From assembly GCA_036337435.1 (NCBI GenBank), contig JAYZEG010000008.1:14563-78562 (forward strand): 64,000 nucleotides of DNA, in the 5' to 3' direction. The notes under the pieces are model-generated. The model was not told the origin of the DNA, made no database searches, and worked only from the letters and a program-made list of their open reading frames with translations. The number at the start of each line of letters is the position of its first letter. The first letter of the stretch is position 1. The position numbers were made by a program, and so were the translations under genes. The DNA is from Myxococcota bacterium. GTDB lineage: Bacteria; Myxococcota_A; Bradymonadia; UBA7976; UBA1532. Below, piece by piece: positions 40,391-50,229 of this stretch.

Positions 40391-40452
40391 CCTGAGCCGC
40401 TCGGCCCACATACGAGACTATCTCTTTCATCGCCCTCGTCATTCAGTGGGCT

Positions 40453-41625
40453 TTGAGGCACAATCTGACGGGGAGGTGCAATGTGAGTGGTTCCTTAAAC
40501 ATGTGGCTTCGCATTGGGGTCTATTCAATCAGCCTGGCCGCAGGTCTCATACAGACCTCGCAGGTTGCCCTTGCGTTTCCCGCGAATGAGACCCCAAAAA
40601 ACAACCAAACCCATGAACAAACAAAAGAGCTGGATCTCGAACTGGATGCGTCTCCAAAAACCGGTTTTATTCGGGGATTCAATATTGAAACCACAACCAC
40701 ACAATGGATCTACAAGCCCATCAGCGTCAAAGAGTCGGATGAAAACTCCGACTGGAGCCGTGTCTCTACAGAAGAAGAGTACCAAATCGACCCGCTCCAC
40801 TTTTATGGAGCAACCGCAACCCTAAAGACCCGATTGCTAGACGTGAATATGAGATACCAATCGAATCGGGGTTTCGGTGTCGATGCTGGTGACTCAAGCT
40901 ATCTCGACCTGTTATTGGTTCTCACGGGCATCCCACATCTACAGCGTGTCTCAATTTTTTATCAGTCGCTCGACTTTAAAAATGGAAAAGCCATTCTCAA
41001 AGATCGGAATACTGCTTTTCCCAGGGATGTTGCGGCCTTCCGAGTGATGCTTGACAGCGTTGAAGGCCGCTACCAGCTGAAGCAGCTCATGCTTTTCGGG
41101 CGATATATGAGCTATTCCTTGCCCAGAAACGTCTATCTCGCCCAACGCCTAGGTGAGGGTGAAAATGCCCAATACATTTACTACCCCATCTCCGAGCGTT
41201 TAATGCGCATAGACAATCAGTTCCTCATGTTCGGGGCAGGAATTGACAATAAGAAGCGTAAAGAAGTGGACGCACTCTTAATTGAGCAGCCAGACCGGCG
41301 GTCTTTTATCTTCGGAGGGCTAATGGGCATCGGCGGTGGTTCGTACGACATCAGTGACTTACGCACTGAAGATGACATTGATGACGGTTATATCATGTCG
41401 CTGACCCTCCAGCTGACACTCGGTTATCAACTACGTTTATGGGATACACTTGTCGTCGGCATCAAAAACGAACTCTCGATTCTCTTTCTCAAGCCCATCG
41501 GTCTGCCTGAGAAGTTGGACCGGGCTGCGGAGCTTGAAGGAATAGATACGGAAGGCTTATCCCTCGACTTCGGCGTGATTGAATTCTTAAATGGGTTTAC
41601 CGGTTTTGCTCGATTGGAATTCTAA
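40453..41625 (+). CDS. Putative outer-membrane protein
   Basis: Signal peptide (probable start MWLRIG near 40501), beta strands, C-terminal ARLEF. Confidence 0.7.
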   Translation: MRHNLTGRCNVSGSLNMWLRIGVYSISLAAGLIQTSQVALAFPANETPKNNQTHEQTKELDLELDASPKTGFIRGFNIETTTTQWIYKPISVKESDENSDWSRVSTEEEYQIDPLHFYGATATLKTRLLDVNMRYQSNRGFGVDAGDSSYLDLLLVLTGIPHLQRVSIFYQSLDFKNGKAILKDRNTAFPRDVAAFRVMLDSVEGRYQLKQLMLFGRYMSYSLPRNVYLAQRLGEGENAQYIYYPISERLMRIDNQFLMFGAGIDNKKRKEVDALLIEQPDRRSFIFGGLMGIGGGSYDISDLRTEDDIDDGYIMSLTLQLTLGYQLRLWDTLVVGIKNELSILFLKPIGLPEKLDRAAELEGIDTEGLSLDFGVIEFLNGFTGFARLEF

Positions 41626-41738
41626 GTCGAGTGGCCACGTTAAAGCTGCCTGGCGGAACAAAAGTTCAGAGGTTTCGTGCGTTGAGCGCGCCAACACCGT
41701 CGACAAAACTTATGTAAACACTTCTATAAAAAGACCTG

Positions 41739-42746
41739 TTATGACCAGACCAGTTCATAGGCCAGGGAGTGCTCGATTTGCGCCGAAAATTTACGAATTG
41801 ACTTGGCTGCCATCTTCTCACTGAGCTTAACTGGGATTAAAGAAATCAATCTGGATGCCATCCCCTGCGACTCGCCAATGGGCTTTGCGCCTCCTGGTTC
41901 TTGATAGCCAATCTGAGCCTGCTGCCGACCCGCTTTCATCAAGAGACCAAATAGATCACGGAAGACAATGAAAGACGTATCATTCAGATGAGTGGACCAA
42001 TTTGCGACAGGAAGAAAATCAATCAGATGGATCATCTGATAATTCAGCTGAATCCAAAAATCCTGAGCTGACATGACTAAGGGCTGATTGTCGATTACAC
42101 GATGAAAATGAACCGACTGAAGCTCATGCAGACGTTGTAAGTTGGCCCAAAGGTCCGAACGAATCCCACCATCGTACAACAGCCTGAGTACAGTGGGGAA
42201 CGCTTCGATATGACGCCACTCAAATTCGTTAACCAACTCTCGTAAGCGAGGCATTTTCTCGGCGGTCATCGCAAATGTGTTTGTACCGGTTCCCAAGATC
42301 GAATGAAGAAGCATAACCAGCGGTGAATGATCAGGAAAATAGTGATGTGTGTACTCGTAGCAGAAGTACAAATGGTCCAGAAACGACCCATCGGCATGTT
42401 CCACATCGAAGTCACATTCATCCACCATAAAGCGAATCAATTCCGGCTCGATTTGAGGCAGGTCCACGCCGCGAGAAGACCGTTGATACGCCGATTCAAT
42501 CGCCTGTCGGTCCTCTGCTCTCCAATGCACCTGTTTCGCAATTCTAGTTTGCATAACGTAGCGGGGCAACCGGCCCTCGAGAGTGTTAAAAATGGTTCGA
42601 TTCAGGTCGAAATCTTTTATCGGCACCACAGCGACGGAGCCGGCATGATCGCGAACTTCGCCGGAGGCAATGGCCGCCTTGCGCTGATACGTATGGATAG
42701 GCACCTGGGCTGCTGACTGTTTCACATCATCCCCCAAATATTTCAC
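41739..42746 (-). CDS. Hypothetical protein, DUF6817/HD-like
   Basis: HADGSFLDHL and LLHSILGT His motifs. Confidence 0.7.
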   Translation of the reverse strand: MKYLGDDVKQSAAQVPIHTYQRKAAIASGEVRDHAGSVAVVPIKDFDLNRTIFNTLEGRLPRYVMQTRIAKQVHWRAEDRQAIESAYQRSSRGVDLPQIEPELIRFMVDECDFDVEHADGSFLDHLYFCYEYTHHYFPDHSPLVMLLHSILGTGTNTFAMTAEKMPRLRELVNEFEWRHIEAFPTVLRLLYDGGIRSDLWANLQRLHELQSVHFHRVIDNQPLVMSAQDFWIQLNYQMIHLIDFLPVANWSTHLNDTSFIVFRDLFGLLMKAGRQQAQIGYQEPGGAKPIGESQGMASRLISLIPVKLSEKMAAKSIRKFSAQIEHSLAYELVWS

Positions 42747-43044
42747 TCTGGCTGTCGTGTCTTCACAGCTCTTTGCTTAGTATAATCAGTCATTTCATAA
42801 AGCTTCAACCCGCATACGGTCTTCCACCATCTCACTCGCACGGTGAGGCTGTCCAATCAACTGCGGGCGTATGCTGAACAGTGGTCAGTCTCGGCCACAG
42901 CTCACAGAGACCCAATGTCTGGGTCGAATCTGAACAAAGTCACTCAATGAGTGACCGTGGTAATTCGCTAAAAACGCTTGCTCACTTCAATACAATATCC
43001 GTATTCTGGTACCCCGGGGGAGTCAAATATACAAAGGTGGTGTC

Positions 43045-46000
43045 ATGGCTGGTCAGCTCGGCCCATTCATGCTTGAAAAGCCTGTTGGTCAGGGCACGAC
43101 CGCGTCTGTCTGGCGTGGACATCACCAAGAGACAGGCACACCAGTCGCCATAAAAGTCATTCCAATGGCTGCAGAAACTAAGGACAGCGACATTTATCGG
43201 TACCGTGCCGAGGTGAGGTCCATCGCCCGCATCGTCCACCGCGGTGTCGTACGAATCTACGATGAAGGCGTCGTCACAGGTATCGATACTGTCGGCGAAG
43301 CCGACGAAAGTCTAGTCGGCTCCCCCTACATCGTCATGGAATGGGCAGAAGATGGCACTTTGGCTCAGCATCCACCGCTGAGTCATTGGGGCGATCTAAA
43401 ACGGATACTATTATCGGTATTAGATGCCCTGGCTGCAGCCCATGCACGAGGTGTCATACACCGAGACATCAAGCCACAAAATATTTTGCTTTCAGCCGGC
43501 CGTGCAATACTCACCGATTTCGGGATTGCCTTTGAGCGACATTCACCGATCTCAGATCCGCACCTCAGTCAGGTCATGGGTTCGCCGAACTATATGGCTC
43601 CAGAACAGGTTCTTTGCCGCTGGCGCGAATTCGGCCCTTGGACTGACTTGTATTCTGTCGGATGCGTGGCCTGGTTCCTCACGACTGGACATGCCCCCTT
43701 CAAAAGGCAACGAAGTCGAGACGTTTTAGTCGCCCACGTAAAGGACGACCCCCCTATATTTACGCCCTTCTTCGAGTTGCCCCAAGGCTTCGAAGCCTGG
43801 ACGCGGCGTTTATTGGCAAAACGACCCACCAATCGCTTTCGATTTGCAGCGGACGCAGCTGCCGCTTTAGAACGTCTCGAGGATGCCCCGAGTACGACGA
43901 AACACCACACGAGTTCGCTTACTGTGGAGCCTGGTAAACGGCGAGATGAACGGCTTAGTCGAATGGAGCTGGGGCCATCAATAACAGCACTGTCGTCATT
44001 CTCGTCTCCTGCTCCCACATTGACGCCAAAGCTTGCGGCAGATTGGCGTCGCCCTGAGAACATTGCCTCAGCAAATGACCCTCTCATTGGGATCGGTTTA
44101 AGCGTTTTTACGCGAACGGAGGGGGCTTTCGTGGGGCGAGAAAATGAACGTGACCTGCTGTGGAATAACTTCCACGCTGTAGCAAGAGCAAAGGCCAGCC
44201 GTGCCTGCTTTATTTCGGGATCAGCCGGATCTGGGAAATCAGCTCTGTCGAGGTGGTTTGTAAGCCGCCTTCATGAGTCTGGTGCCGCTGAAATTTTGCT
44301 CTGCCGCCACCAAAATGGGCAAGACAGCCTCGACTCACTACGGAAGATGGTCGAGAATTATTTTACGGCCTGGGATTTGGACGAATCAGAGAGACTCCGT
44401 CATCTGCGTCAACGATTGAGGCGTTGGGAGTCTACAGAACTCGCTGCGGAATTGAACGCCTTTATCGACGCCGGTCAACGGGTCGGGATTGCGAAGCAGA
44501 CGATCGCACTCGTGTCAGAGAAGGAGCGTTACATGACGCTTTGCAGGCTGGTACATGCCCTCTCGCGTGAGCGGCCAGTCGTCATTCTAATCGAAGACGC
44601 GCAGTGGGGTGAATTCGCCTTAGAATGGGCGAAATATGCACTCTCGGACCATGCAGACCTGAATGTTCTTTGGCTCTTTACGTGGCGTTCGAATGCTGAC
44701 CGTGACCATCTCGAGGCGCAAACCAGCAAGTTTGCCATTCAGAGCCTAGACGTGTGTGATGACATCGACCTCAAACCACTGGGCGCCAATGAGGCACGCG
44801 CGTTGATCCAGGCACGGCTTCAGCTAGACGACACATCTCTTGATGCCCTTGTGGAACGAGCAGACGGAAACCCCCTCTTCGCGGAACTCTTGGTGGAGCA
44901 CTGGATACGTGAAGGCCGTCTCGATTGGACGGGTGCTGGATTTAGGGTAAGTGACCTAACGTCTAGCCGATTGCCTGACAGTGTGCACGAGCTCTGGCAG
45001 AAACGACTGAGCTGGACAGGTTTGTTAGATAATTCAAATCAACAATGGGCCTTAGAACTCGCGGCCGTTCTCGGTCAGCAATTTTGGCGCAATACCTGGA
45101 TTTCTGCCTGTCAACTTGCCCAAGTGCCAAGAGCCAAAAGTGTTTTAGCAACGCTAGAACAAAACGGCCTTTTGAGACGCGAAGAGGATGGGCAATTCTG
45201 CTTCGTTCATGCACTCCTCAACGAAAGCATTCTGCGGCTTGCCCAAGACGGGCAACGACTCCGGCGTTGGCATGCCGCATGCGCGCAAGCCTTAATGGTC
45301 GAAACACCAACCATTTGGTATCAAGTCGCACGACATCAAGCGGGTGCTGAGCGATATGAAGATGCTGTCGCATCGCTGCGTCATGACATCGAGCATAGGC
45401 ATATGATTGGAGACCTAAAGGGGCGCAGCGAACGTCTGGTTCAAATGATCAAATACCTCAGATTGGCCCGTGTGCCACGAACCGATTTGCGATGGGCTTA
45501 CGTTCGGATCAATTGGGGGTCTAACCACGGCTCACTCGGGGTACAGACATCAGCACTCAGGCATGCGAGGAACGCGCGGCGATACCTCGATCAAGAGTGC
45601 GAGGCACACCGCGCATTGTATGCCGAAGCGGCTCTAGGTGAAGGCCTGGCGGTCAAGTTTGTCTATAACCATAGAACGGCACTCGACTATGTGGTCCATG
45701 CTCGTGACGCCGCCGTTCGCTCCGAGGACCGTGCTCTCGAATTCGAGTCGAGACGACTGCATTCGTCCCTATTACGAGAACTCGGCGAATTAGCACTGTC
45801 GGCTGAGGAGTTCATTCATATTCAAGCGTTAATGAAGGGCGACTGGCTACAGAGGCTGCCGACACATAAGCGCCAATACGTTGAAATTAACTTCCACCTT
45901 GAAAGCACGAAGCAGGCTTGGTTGTCGGGAGAGCATGAGCAAGCACTTCACTATGCACGAGAAGCAGAGACTCTAGCACTCAGGTCGGGTGCTCGTTCGC

Positions 46001-46539
46001 GCTCTGGTCTTGCGCTGAATTTCGCGGGGCGTGTTCTGCTGGACTTACAGCGCTACGACGAGGCATACGACTATTACATGCGAAGTCATGATCTACTCGC
46101 TCGAGTGGGACACACTGATCGGTTTACAAGCCTTGGATACGCTGCGGTCTGTCTCGCTCAATTAGGTGACTATGATGGCGCGCTCGAAAATTATCACAGT
46201 TTCACAACAGGCTTGCGCAACTCTGGTCGCTTACTCTCAGCACGCCTTGGACAGCCATTTATGTTAGGGGCCTTGGCTCGGGTGGGAGAATGGACCCAGT
46301 GGGATGAAATCCTCATCGACTTTACCGACCTGGTTAAACGAAACGGGTACAGCATCATCTTCGCACGCGTTGTCGAATTGTCCGTCCCTCATTTGCTTGA
46401 CCTGCGCCAATGGGGCCGAACTAAAAAATTACTGGATGTGCTCATCCGTGTTTACGAAGCGCAGGGTGGAGAAGACGATCTCGAAAGATTGCGAACCCGT
46501 TACCCAGACGCGCTGGAGCGGGCCCTGCCACCAACATAA
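43045..46539 (+). CDS. Ser/Thr protein kinase fused to AAA ATPase and TPR-like domains
   Basis: VAIK, HRDIKPQN, DFG, YMAPEQ, DLYSVG; FVGRENE, GSAGSGKS, ILIEDAQW, GNPLF; helical C-terminus. Confidence 0.93.
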   Translation: MAGQLGPFMLEKPVGQGTTASVWRGHHQETGTPVAIKVIPMAAETKDSDIYRYRAEVRSIARIVHRGVVRIYDEGVVTGIDTVGEADESLVGSPYIVMEWAEDGTLAQHPPLSHWGDLKRILLSVLDALAAAHARGVIHRDIKPQNILLSAGRAILTDFGIAFERHSPISDPHLSQVMGSPNYMAPEQVLCRWREFGPWTDLYSVGCVAWFLTTGHAPFKRQRSRDVLVAHVKDDPPIFTPFFELPQGFEAWTRRLLAKRPTNRFRFAADAAAALERLEDAPSTTKHHTSSLTVEPGKRRDERLSRMELGPSITALSSFSSPAPTLTPKLAADWRRPENIASANDPLIGIGLSVFTRTEGAFVGRENERDLLWNNFHAVARAKASRACFISGSAGSGKSALSRWFVSRLHESGAAEILLCRHQNGQDSLDSLRKMVENYFTAWDLDESERLRHLRQRLRRWESTELAAELNAFIDAGQRVGIAKQTIALVSEKERYMTLCRLVHALSRERPVVILIEDAQWGEFALEWAKYALSDHADLNVLWLFTWRSNADRDHLEAQTSKFAIQSLDVCDDIDLKPLGANEARALIQARLQLDDTSLDALVERADGNPLFAELLVEHWIREGRLDWTGAGFRVSDLTSSRLPDSVHELWQKRLSWTGLLDNSNQQWALELAAVLGQQFWRNTWISACQLAQVPRAKSVLATLEQNGLLRREEDGQFCFVHALLNESILRLAQDGQRLRRWHAACAQALMVETPTIWYQVARHQAGAERYEDAVASLRHDIEHRHMIGDLKGRSERLVQMIKYLRLARVPRTDLRWAYVRINWGSNHGSLGVQTSALRHARNARRYLDQECEAHRALYAEAALGEGLAVKFVYNHRTALDYVVHARDAAVRSEDRALEFESRRLHSSLLRELGELALSAEEFIHIQALMKGDWLQRLPTHKRQYVEINFHLESTKQAWLSGEHEQALHYAREAETLALRSGARSRSGLALNFAGRVLLDLQRYDEAYDYYMRSHDLLARVGHTDRFTSLGYAAVCLAQLGDYDGALENYHSFTTGLRNSGRLLSARLGQPFMLGALARVGEWTQWDEILIDFTDLVKRNGYSIIFARVVELSVPHLLDLRQWGRTKKLLDVLIRVYEAQGGEDDLERLRTRYPDALERALPPT

Positions 46540-46655
46540 CTTCATCGAGTTCCCCTCACTTCACATCGACACATAGGCAACGCGACCCCCACAACCGTCC
46601 GCCCCAGACGAATCGTTCAATATCGTAGCCTGTGTAGCGAACCAGAAAAACATCT

Positions 46656-46700
46656 ATTAATAACTTTTGATTATCAATCTAATCAAAATTAATAACTTTT
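46656..46700. promoter_or_regulatory. AT-rich operator-like element with direct and inverted repeats
   Basis: attaataactttt at 46656 and 46688; ttttgatta-N6-taatcaaaa at 46665-46688. Confidence 0.45.
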
Positions 46701-46756
46701 TTAAAAATCGATAAATCAATAGGCTGACTGCGGTTCTTGAACACAGGAGTACAAGA

Positions 46757-47707
46757 GTGATTTTATTTGCCAGCCTAAGACTCAACCAGTCCTTGATTCT
46801 CATCAGCAGCGTCTTGTTCGCAATGACAAGCCTGTCGGACGCAAGAGCGTTCTGTAAGGGAGGTATTTCCGTCATCGATGGAGAGCGTCACGGAGATACA
46901 GTTGAACTTGAAACCATTCTGACGCGGCCGGATAGACAACGAAAACTGAGAACGTGGACAGTGGATATCAAAATCGCCAAACGATGCTTCAGACGAAGTA
47001 GGTCATCGAAACCGGTGCTCAAAATTAAGTCGGCCTCCAATACGAGTCAGCTCATTCCGCAATACGGTCACCATAAAGGCTCGCTCTCCGATGGGGTCAC
47101 AACCTACCAATTGAGGGTAGATCGAGAGGTCGCAGCCTCAGGTGAAACGGAAACCGTGTTGGTTTTGGTTGAAGGTGAAAAGGAGCTTGATCGCATCCGT
47201 ATCGTTCGGATTCATCTGATGAATTGGTCCAGCGGATTCAGACTGGGCGTCCAATATGAAGGCTACTCACCAAACGGAGCCGGCTCTGATCAAAGCCTTT
47301 GGCATGGCCCGTCGGTCCAGTTTTTTCTAGGGTCATGGATCGATCAAAGAAATCGGCGCCGACCGAGCCACGGTCAAGTGTACTGGAAGACAAGTCTCCT
47401 AAGCCGCGCGGAGGGTGGTGAACTGAGTTTGATCTATGGGTTTGGAACACAGGTTTCGTTCGAACCGGACGCCTTGCGGCGCTGGATGATCCCTACATTC
47501 GGCATCGACATTGGTGGGATATACGGTCTTAATCAAGAAACGCGTTCTCACAGCTTTCAGCTGACACCTCAGCTCGGGATCCTGATTTACTCTTCACCTC
47601 GATTCACAATCTCAAGTCGAATGGGGTACATACTGCCTATGGTGAGCGCCCTTGAACGCCATAGAGGATTTATCGGCAGCCTGGGAGCGAGTGTAGACAT
47701 ATGGTGA
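46757..47707 (+). CDS. Secreted/outer-membrane hypothetical protein
   Basis: Signal peptide, aggag RBS, C-terminal beta strands ending in W. Confidence 0.7.
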   Translation: MILFASLRLNQSLILISSVLFAMTSLSDARAFCKGGISVIDGERHGDTVELETILTRPDRQRKLRTWTVDIKIAKRCFRRSRSSKPVLKIKSASNTSQLIPQYGHHKGSLSDGVTTYQLRVDREVAASGETETVLVLVEGEKELDRIRIVRIHLMNWSSGFRLGVQYEGYSPNGAGSDQSLWHGPSVQFFLGSWIDQRNRRRPSHGQVYWKTSLLSRAEGGELSLIYGFGTQVSFEPDALRRWMIPTFGIDIGGIYGLNQETRSHSFQLTPQLGILIYSSPRFTISSRMGYILPMVSALERHRGFIGSLGASVDIW

Positions 47708-47784
47708 GACAAGGCGAACTTGTGAGTCGAACCAAATGAGTTGCCACAAACCGTAGGGGCCGTGCACATACCAGATGAAAGGCA

Positions 47785-47812
47785 TGTAAACCGTTTAAGG
47801 GTGGCTCGCGTC
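47785..47812 (+). promoter_or_regulatory. ECF-type (likely autoregulatory) promoter TGTAAACCGTT-N12-GCGTC
   Basis: tgtaaaccgtttaagggtggctcgcgtc ending 29 nt upstream of the ECF sigma start; same motif at 8088-8115. Confidence 0.7.
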
Positions 47813-47841
47813 TATGTTGATGTTGGTAAAGAGGAGCAGGT

Positions 47842-48381
47842 TTGTCGAACGAGGCTGAAATGGCGGTATGCGCGCGGACTAAGGCTGAGCTGTTCAGTGA
47901 TTTTGTTAGTCGGTATCGACTGTCGGCGATTCGTTTGGCGTGGCGATTGCTCGGTCGACACAAAGCGGCTGCTGAAGATGTTGCTCAACACGCTTTTGCG
48001 AAGGCGTGGCATCGTATCGATCAGTACCGCGGAGAAGCGCAAATTAAAACTTGGTTTAATCGCATCTTGATCAACCAAGTTCGAAGCTATCTCCGATGGG
48101 CTTCAGTCCGAGAGCGAGCACGTTTTTTTATGGGTCCGGCTAAAATCATCCACCCGTTGGAAAATGACCACGCTCTGGCACAACGCATTGAAATTGCACT
48201 CCAGCAGCTCACCCAGAGCCAGCGTGAGGTTTTCACCCTTGTTTATTTGGAAGGCCTGTCTGTTCCTGAAGCGGCTGATGTTCTCAGAAAAGCCCCCGGG
48301 ACTCTCAAGTCTCATCTTTTTCGAGCGATTAGAAAACTGAGGCAGGAACTGGCTGACCTAGAGCAAGACCTGTTCTGGTAG
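47842..48381 (+). CDS. ECF RNA polymerase sigma factor
   Basis: AEDVAQHAFAKAW, KTWFNRILIN (region 2); LTQSQREVFTL..EGLSVPEAA..GTLKSHLFRA (region 4); gaggag RBS. Confidence 0.93.
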   Translation: MSNEAEMAVCARTKAELFSDFVSRYRLSAIRLAWRLLGRHKAAAEDVAQHAFAKAWHRIDQYRGEAQIKTWFNRILINQVRSYLRWASVRERARFFMGPAKIIHPLENDHALAQRIEIALQQLTQSQREVFTLVYLEGLSVPEAADVLRKAPGTLKSHLFRAIRKLRQELADLEQDLFW

Positions 48382-48445
48382 TGGTGTCGCGGCCTTGAGC
48401 ACACCGCTCAACGTATAGTTTGGACCGAGCGGTCTCAGAGCCTAC

Positions 48446-49333
48446 TTAGTTGCAATTATTTGAACAATTCCGCCGAGCGCGCCTCCGACGTTGGGCACAG
48501 CTAACCTCAGAGCCGCCATTGGATAAGCAAACAGCCTCGATCCTTTCGCTCCGTTCGACGCACGCCTCCGCACATGCTTCAGGATCGTCAACATCCACGC
48601 CACTCCGGTTTCTACATTCGTCTCGGACACAGGTTCGTAAAGCCCCTCGACCGCGCTGTATGCAATCCTCCGCCGTTCCCCCACTCGCCCTGCAGTCCTC
48701 GACCAGCCTATCGGCCTGACCCCGGCAATCGTCACGACAGTCATCATCCGCACCACCCACGTTGCCGTCGCCCATGCGTCCACAGTCACGTCTGACGCAG
48801 CTCCTTACGTTGATTCGATGCTGCCGTTCGCAGTCGGCGTCGGACCCGCCTGCGTTTGTACACTCGGAAGCCAATGCCTCTGCCTGCTCCCGACACGAAG
48901 TTCGGCATTCAGCCTCGGTACCCTCCATATTGCCGCCCCTCATCATGCCGCCACATACGTCCTGTACGCAGGAACGCATGGCCACTCGACGCTGTTGTTC
49001 GCATTCACTGTCTGATCCGCCAGACGCATGACAATCCGAACCAAATCGGGCAGCACGCTCTCCACATTCAGCCCGGCAATCCACGTCTATGGTTCCATCA
49101 TTGACCTGATTTAAGCCGCCATCTTGGATTGGTTCGGGTGCACTGTCATGGCCCAAAACCATACCTCCCGAGTCAGCTCCGGGCATCCCGCGGTTCAAAC
49201 TGCCATCAATGGCACTCGATGATTCGTTAGAGAGGCCCCCGTCCCATTCCAAACTCTGCTCATCCATTGAGCAACCGAAAAACCAGAAGGTCATTAATCC
49301 GAGGATAAGCCTCATATTAGCTCTATTTTTCAT
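48446..49333 (-). CDS. Cysteine-rich lipoprotein with four six-Cys repeats
   Basis: FFGC lipobox; four copies of CX3CX10CX9CX10CX3-4C. Confidence 0.85.
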   Translation of the reverse strand: MKNRANMRLILGLMTFWFFGCSMDEQSLEWDGGLSNESSSAIDGSLNRGMPGADSGGMVLGHDSAPEPIQDGGLNQVNDGTIDVDCRAECGERAARFGSDCHASGGSDSECEQQRRVAMRSCVQDVCGGMMRGGNMEGTEAECRTSCREQAEALASECTNAGGSDADCERQHRINVRSCVRRDCGRMGDGNVGGADDDCRDDCRGQADRLVEDCRASGGTAEDCIQRGRGALRTCVRDECRNRSGVDVDDPEACAEACVERSERIEAVCLSNGGSEVSCAQRRRRARRNCSNNCN

Positions 49334-49731
49334 ACTGCCTTCCTTCTTTTGCCTTACACAGACTCACTGCGTAGCGTGTGGACTCATGCCGCACAGGGGT
49401 TTACAGCCAACCCAGAAAATCTCATTGAATACCTGAACCCCGAACGTGAATCGGATGCATTCGAGGAGTCTACTCACGGCTGAACCCATGACTGCCTCGG
49501 GGGCTTTGACGACGAGTTGTCATATTATTCACGAAAAAAAGGCTAACTTGGTCGCTGTTTCGATGTGAATGCAACGGGTTCCCTCCGCACTTGACATCCA
49601 ACTTTCAGGGTTCAAGTGATGGCGAAATCCAGATGGGATTTACACCGAGTCCAATCCGTGTCTCTATACCAGCGGTTTCCAAGACCATGTTCGTCTGTGA
49701 TGGGGTCGAGAAACTCTGATTGAGGTGGATC

Positions 49732-50229
49732 ATGTTTCAATATAACGGCAAACACTTACTGATCGATGCGAACTGTACCCAGACACGTGCTTTGACGGAT
49801 CTGGCCATTGGACAGACATGCCTCGAAACCCTTGTTCGAACAATCAACATGAAGATGGTGCTGCCGCCCATCGGCGTACAGTTCCCAAACGCCCTTGGCC
49901 ATCTTGAACAGGTCGCCGAAAGCTTAGAAAATGAGGGTCTTGGACAGTCGCGAACGGCAACCGGGATCCGTAAGCATCTTGACGATGGTCAACAGCAATC
50001 CGGCTATTCAACCTTCGTCATGATCGCAGAATCTCACCTCTCTCTCCATACTTTTCCGGAAGCTGGCTTCCTGACTTTTGACTGCTACTCCTGCCGGGAC
50101 TTTCAGCATGAGGACGCCATTAAGGTGCTTGATCAATTCTTTAATTTTGGTGAACAGGTAAACATCCAAATCATTCCAAGACCCTTTGCAGCATCAAAGG
50201 TGCTGACCAACGCGATTCGCAATTCATAA
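49732..50229 (+). CDS. speD: Pyruvoyl-dependent decarboxylase proenzyme, SpeD/SpeH (AdoMetDC) family
   Basis: GKHLLID, IAESHLSLHTFPE autocleavage motif, DCYSC; gagg RBS before ATG 49732. Confidence 0.88.
   Translation: MFQYNGKHLLIDANCTQTRALTDLAIGQTCLETLVRTINMKMVLPPIGVQFPNALGHLEQVAESLENEGLGQSRTATGIRKHLDDGQQQSGYSTFVMIAESHLSLHTFPEAGFLTFDCYSCRDFQHEDAIKVLDQFFNFGEQVNIQIIPRPFAASKVLTNAIRNS

Noticed and set aside
49334..49731. SAM riboswitch upstream of speD
   Set aside because: No SAM-I, SAM-II or SAM-V consensus recognisable by eye; an Infernal scan is needed.
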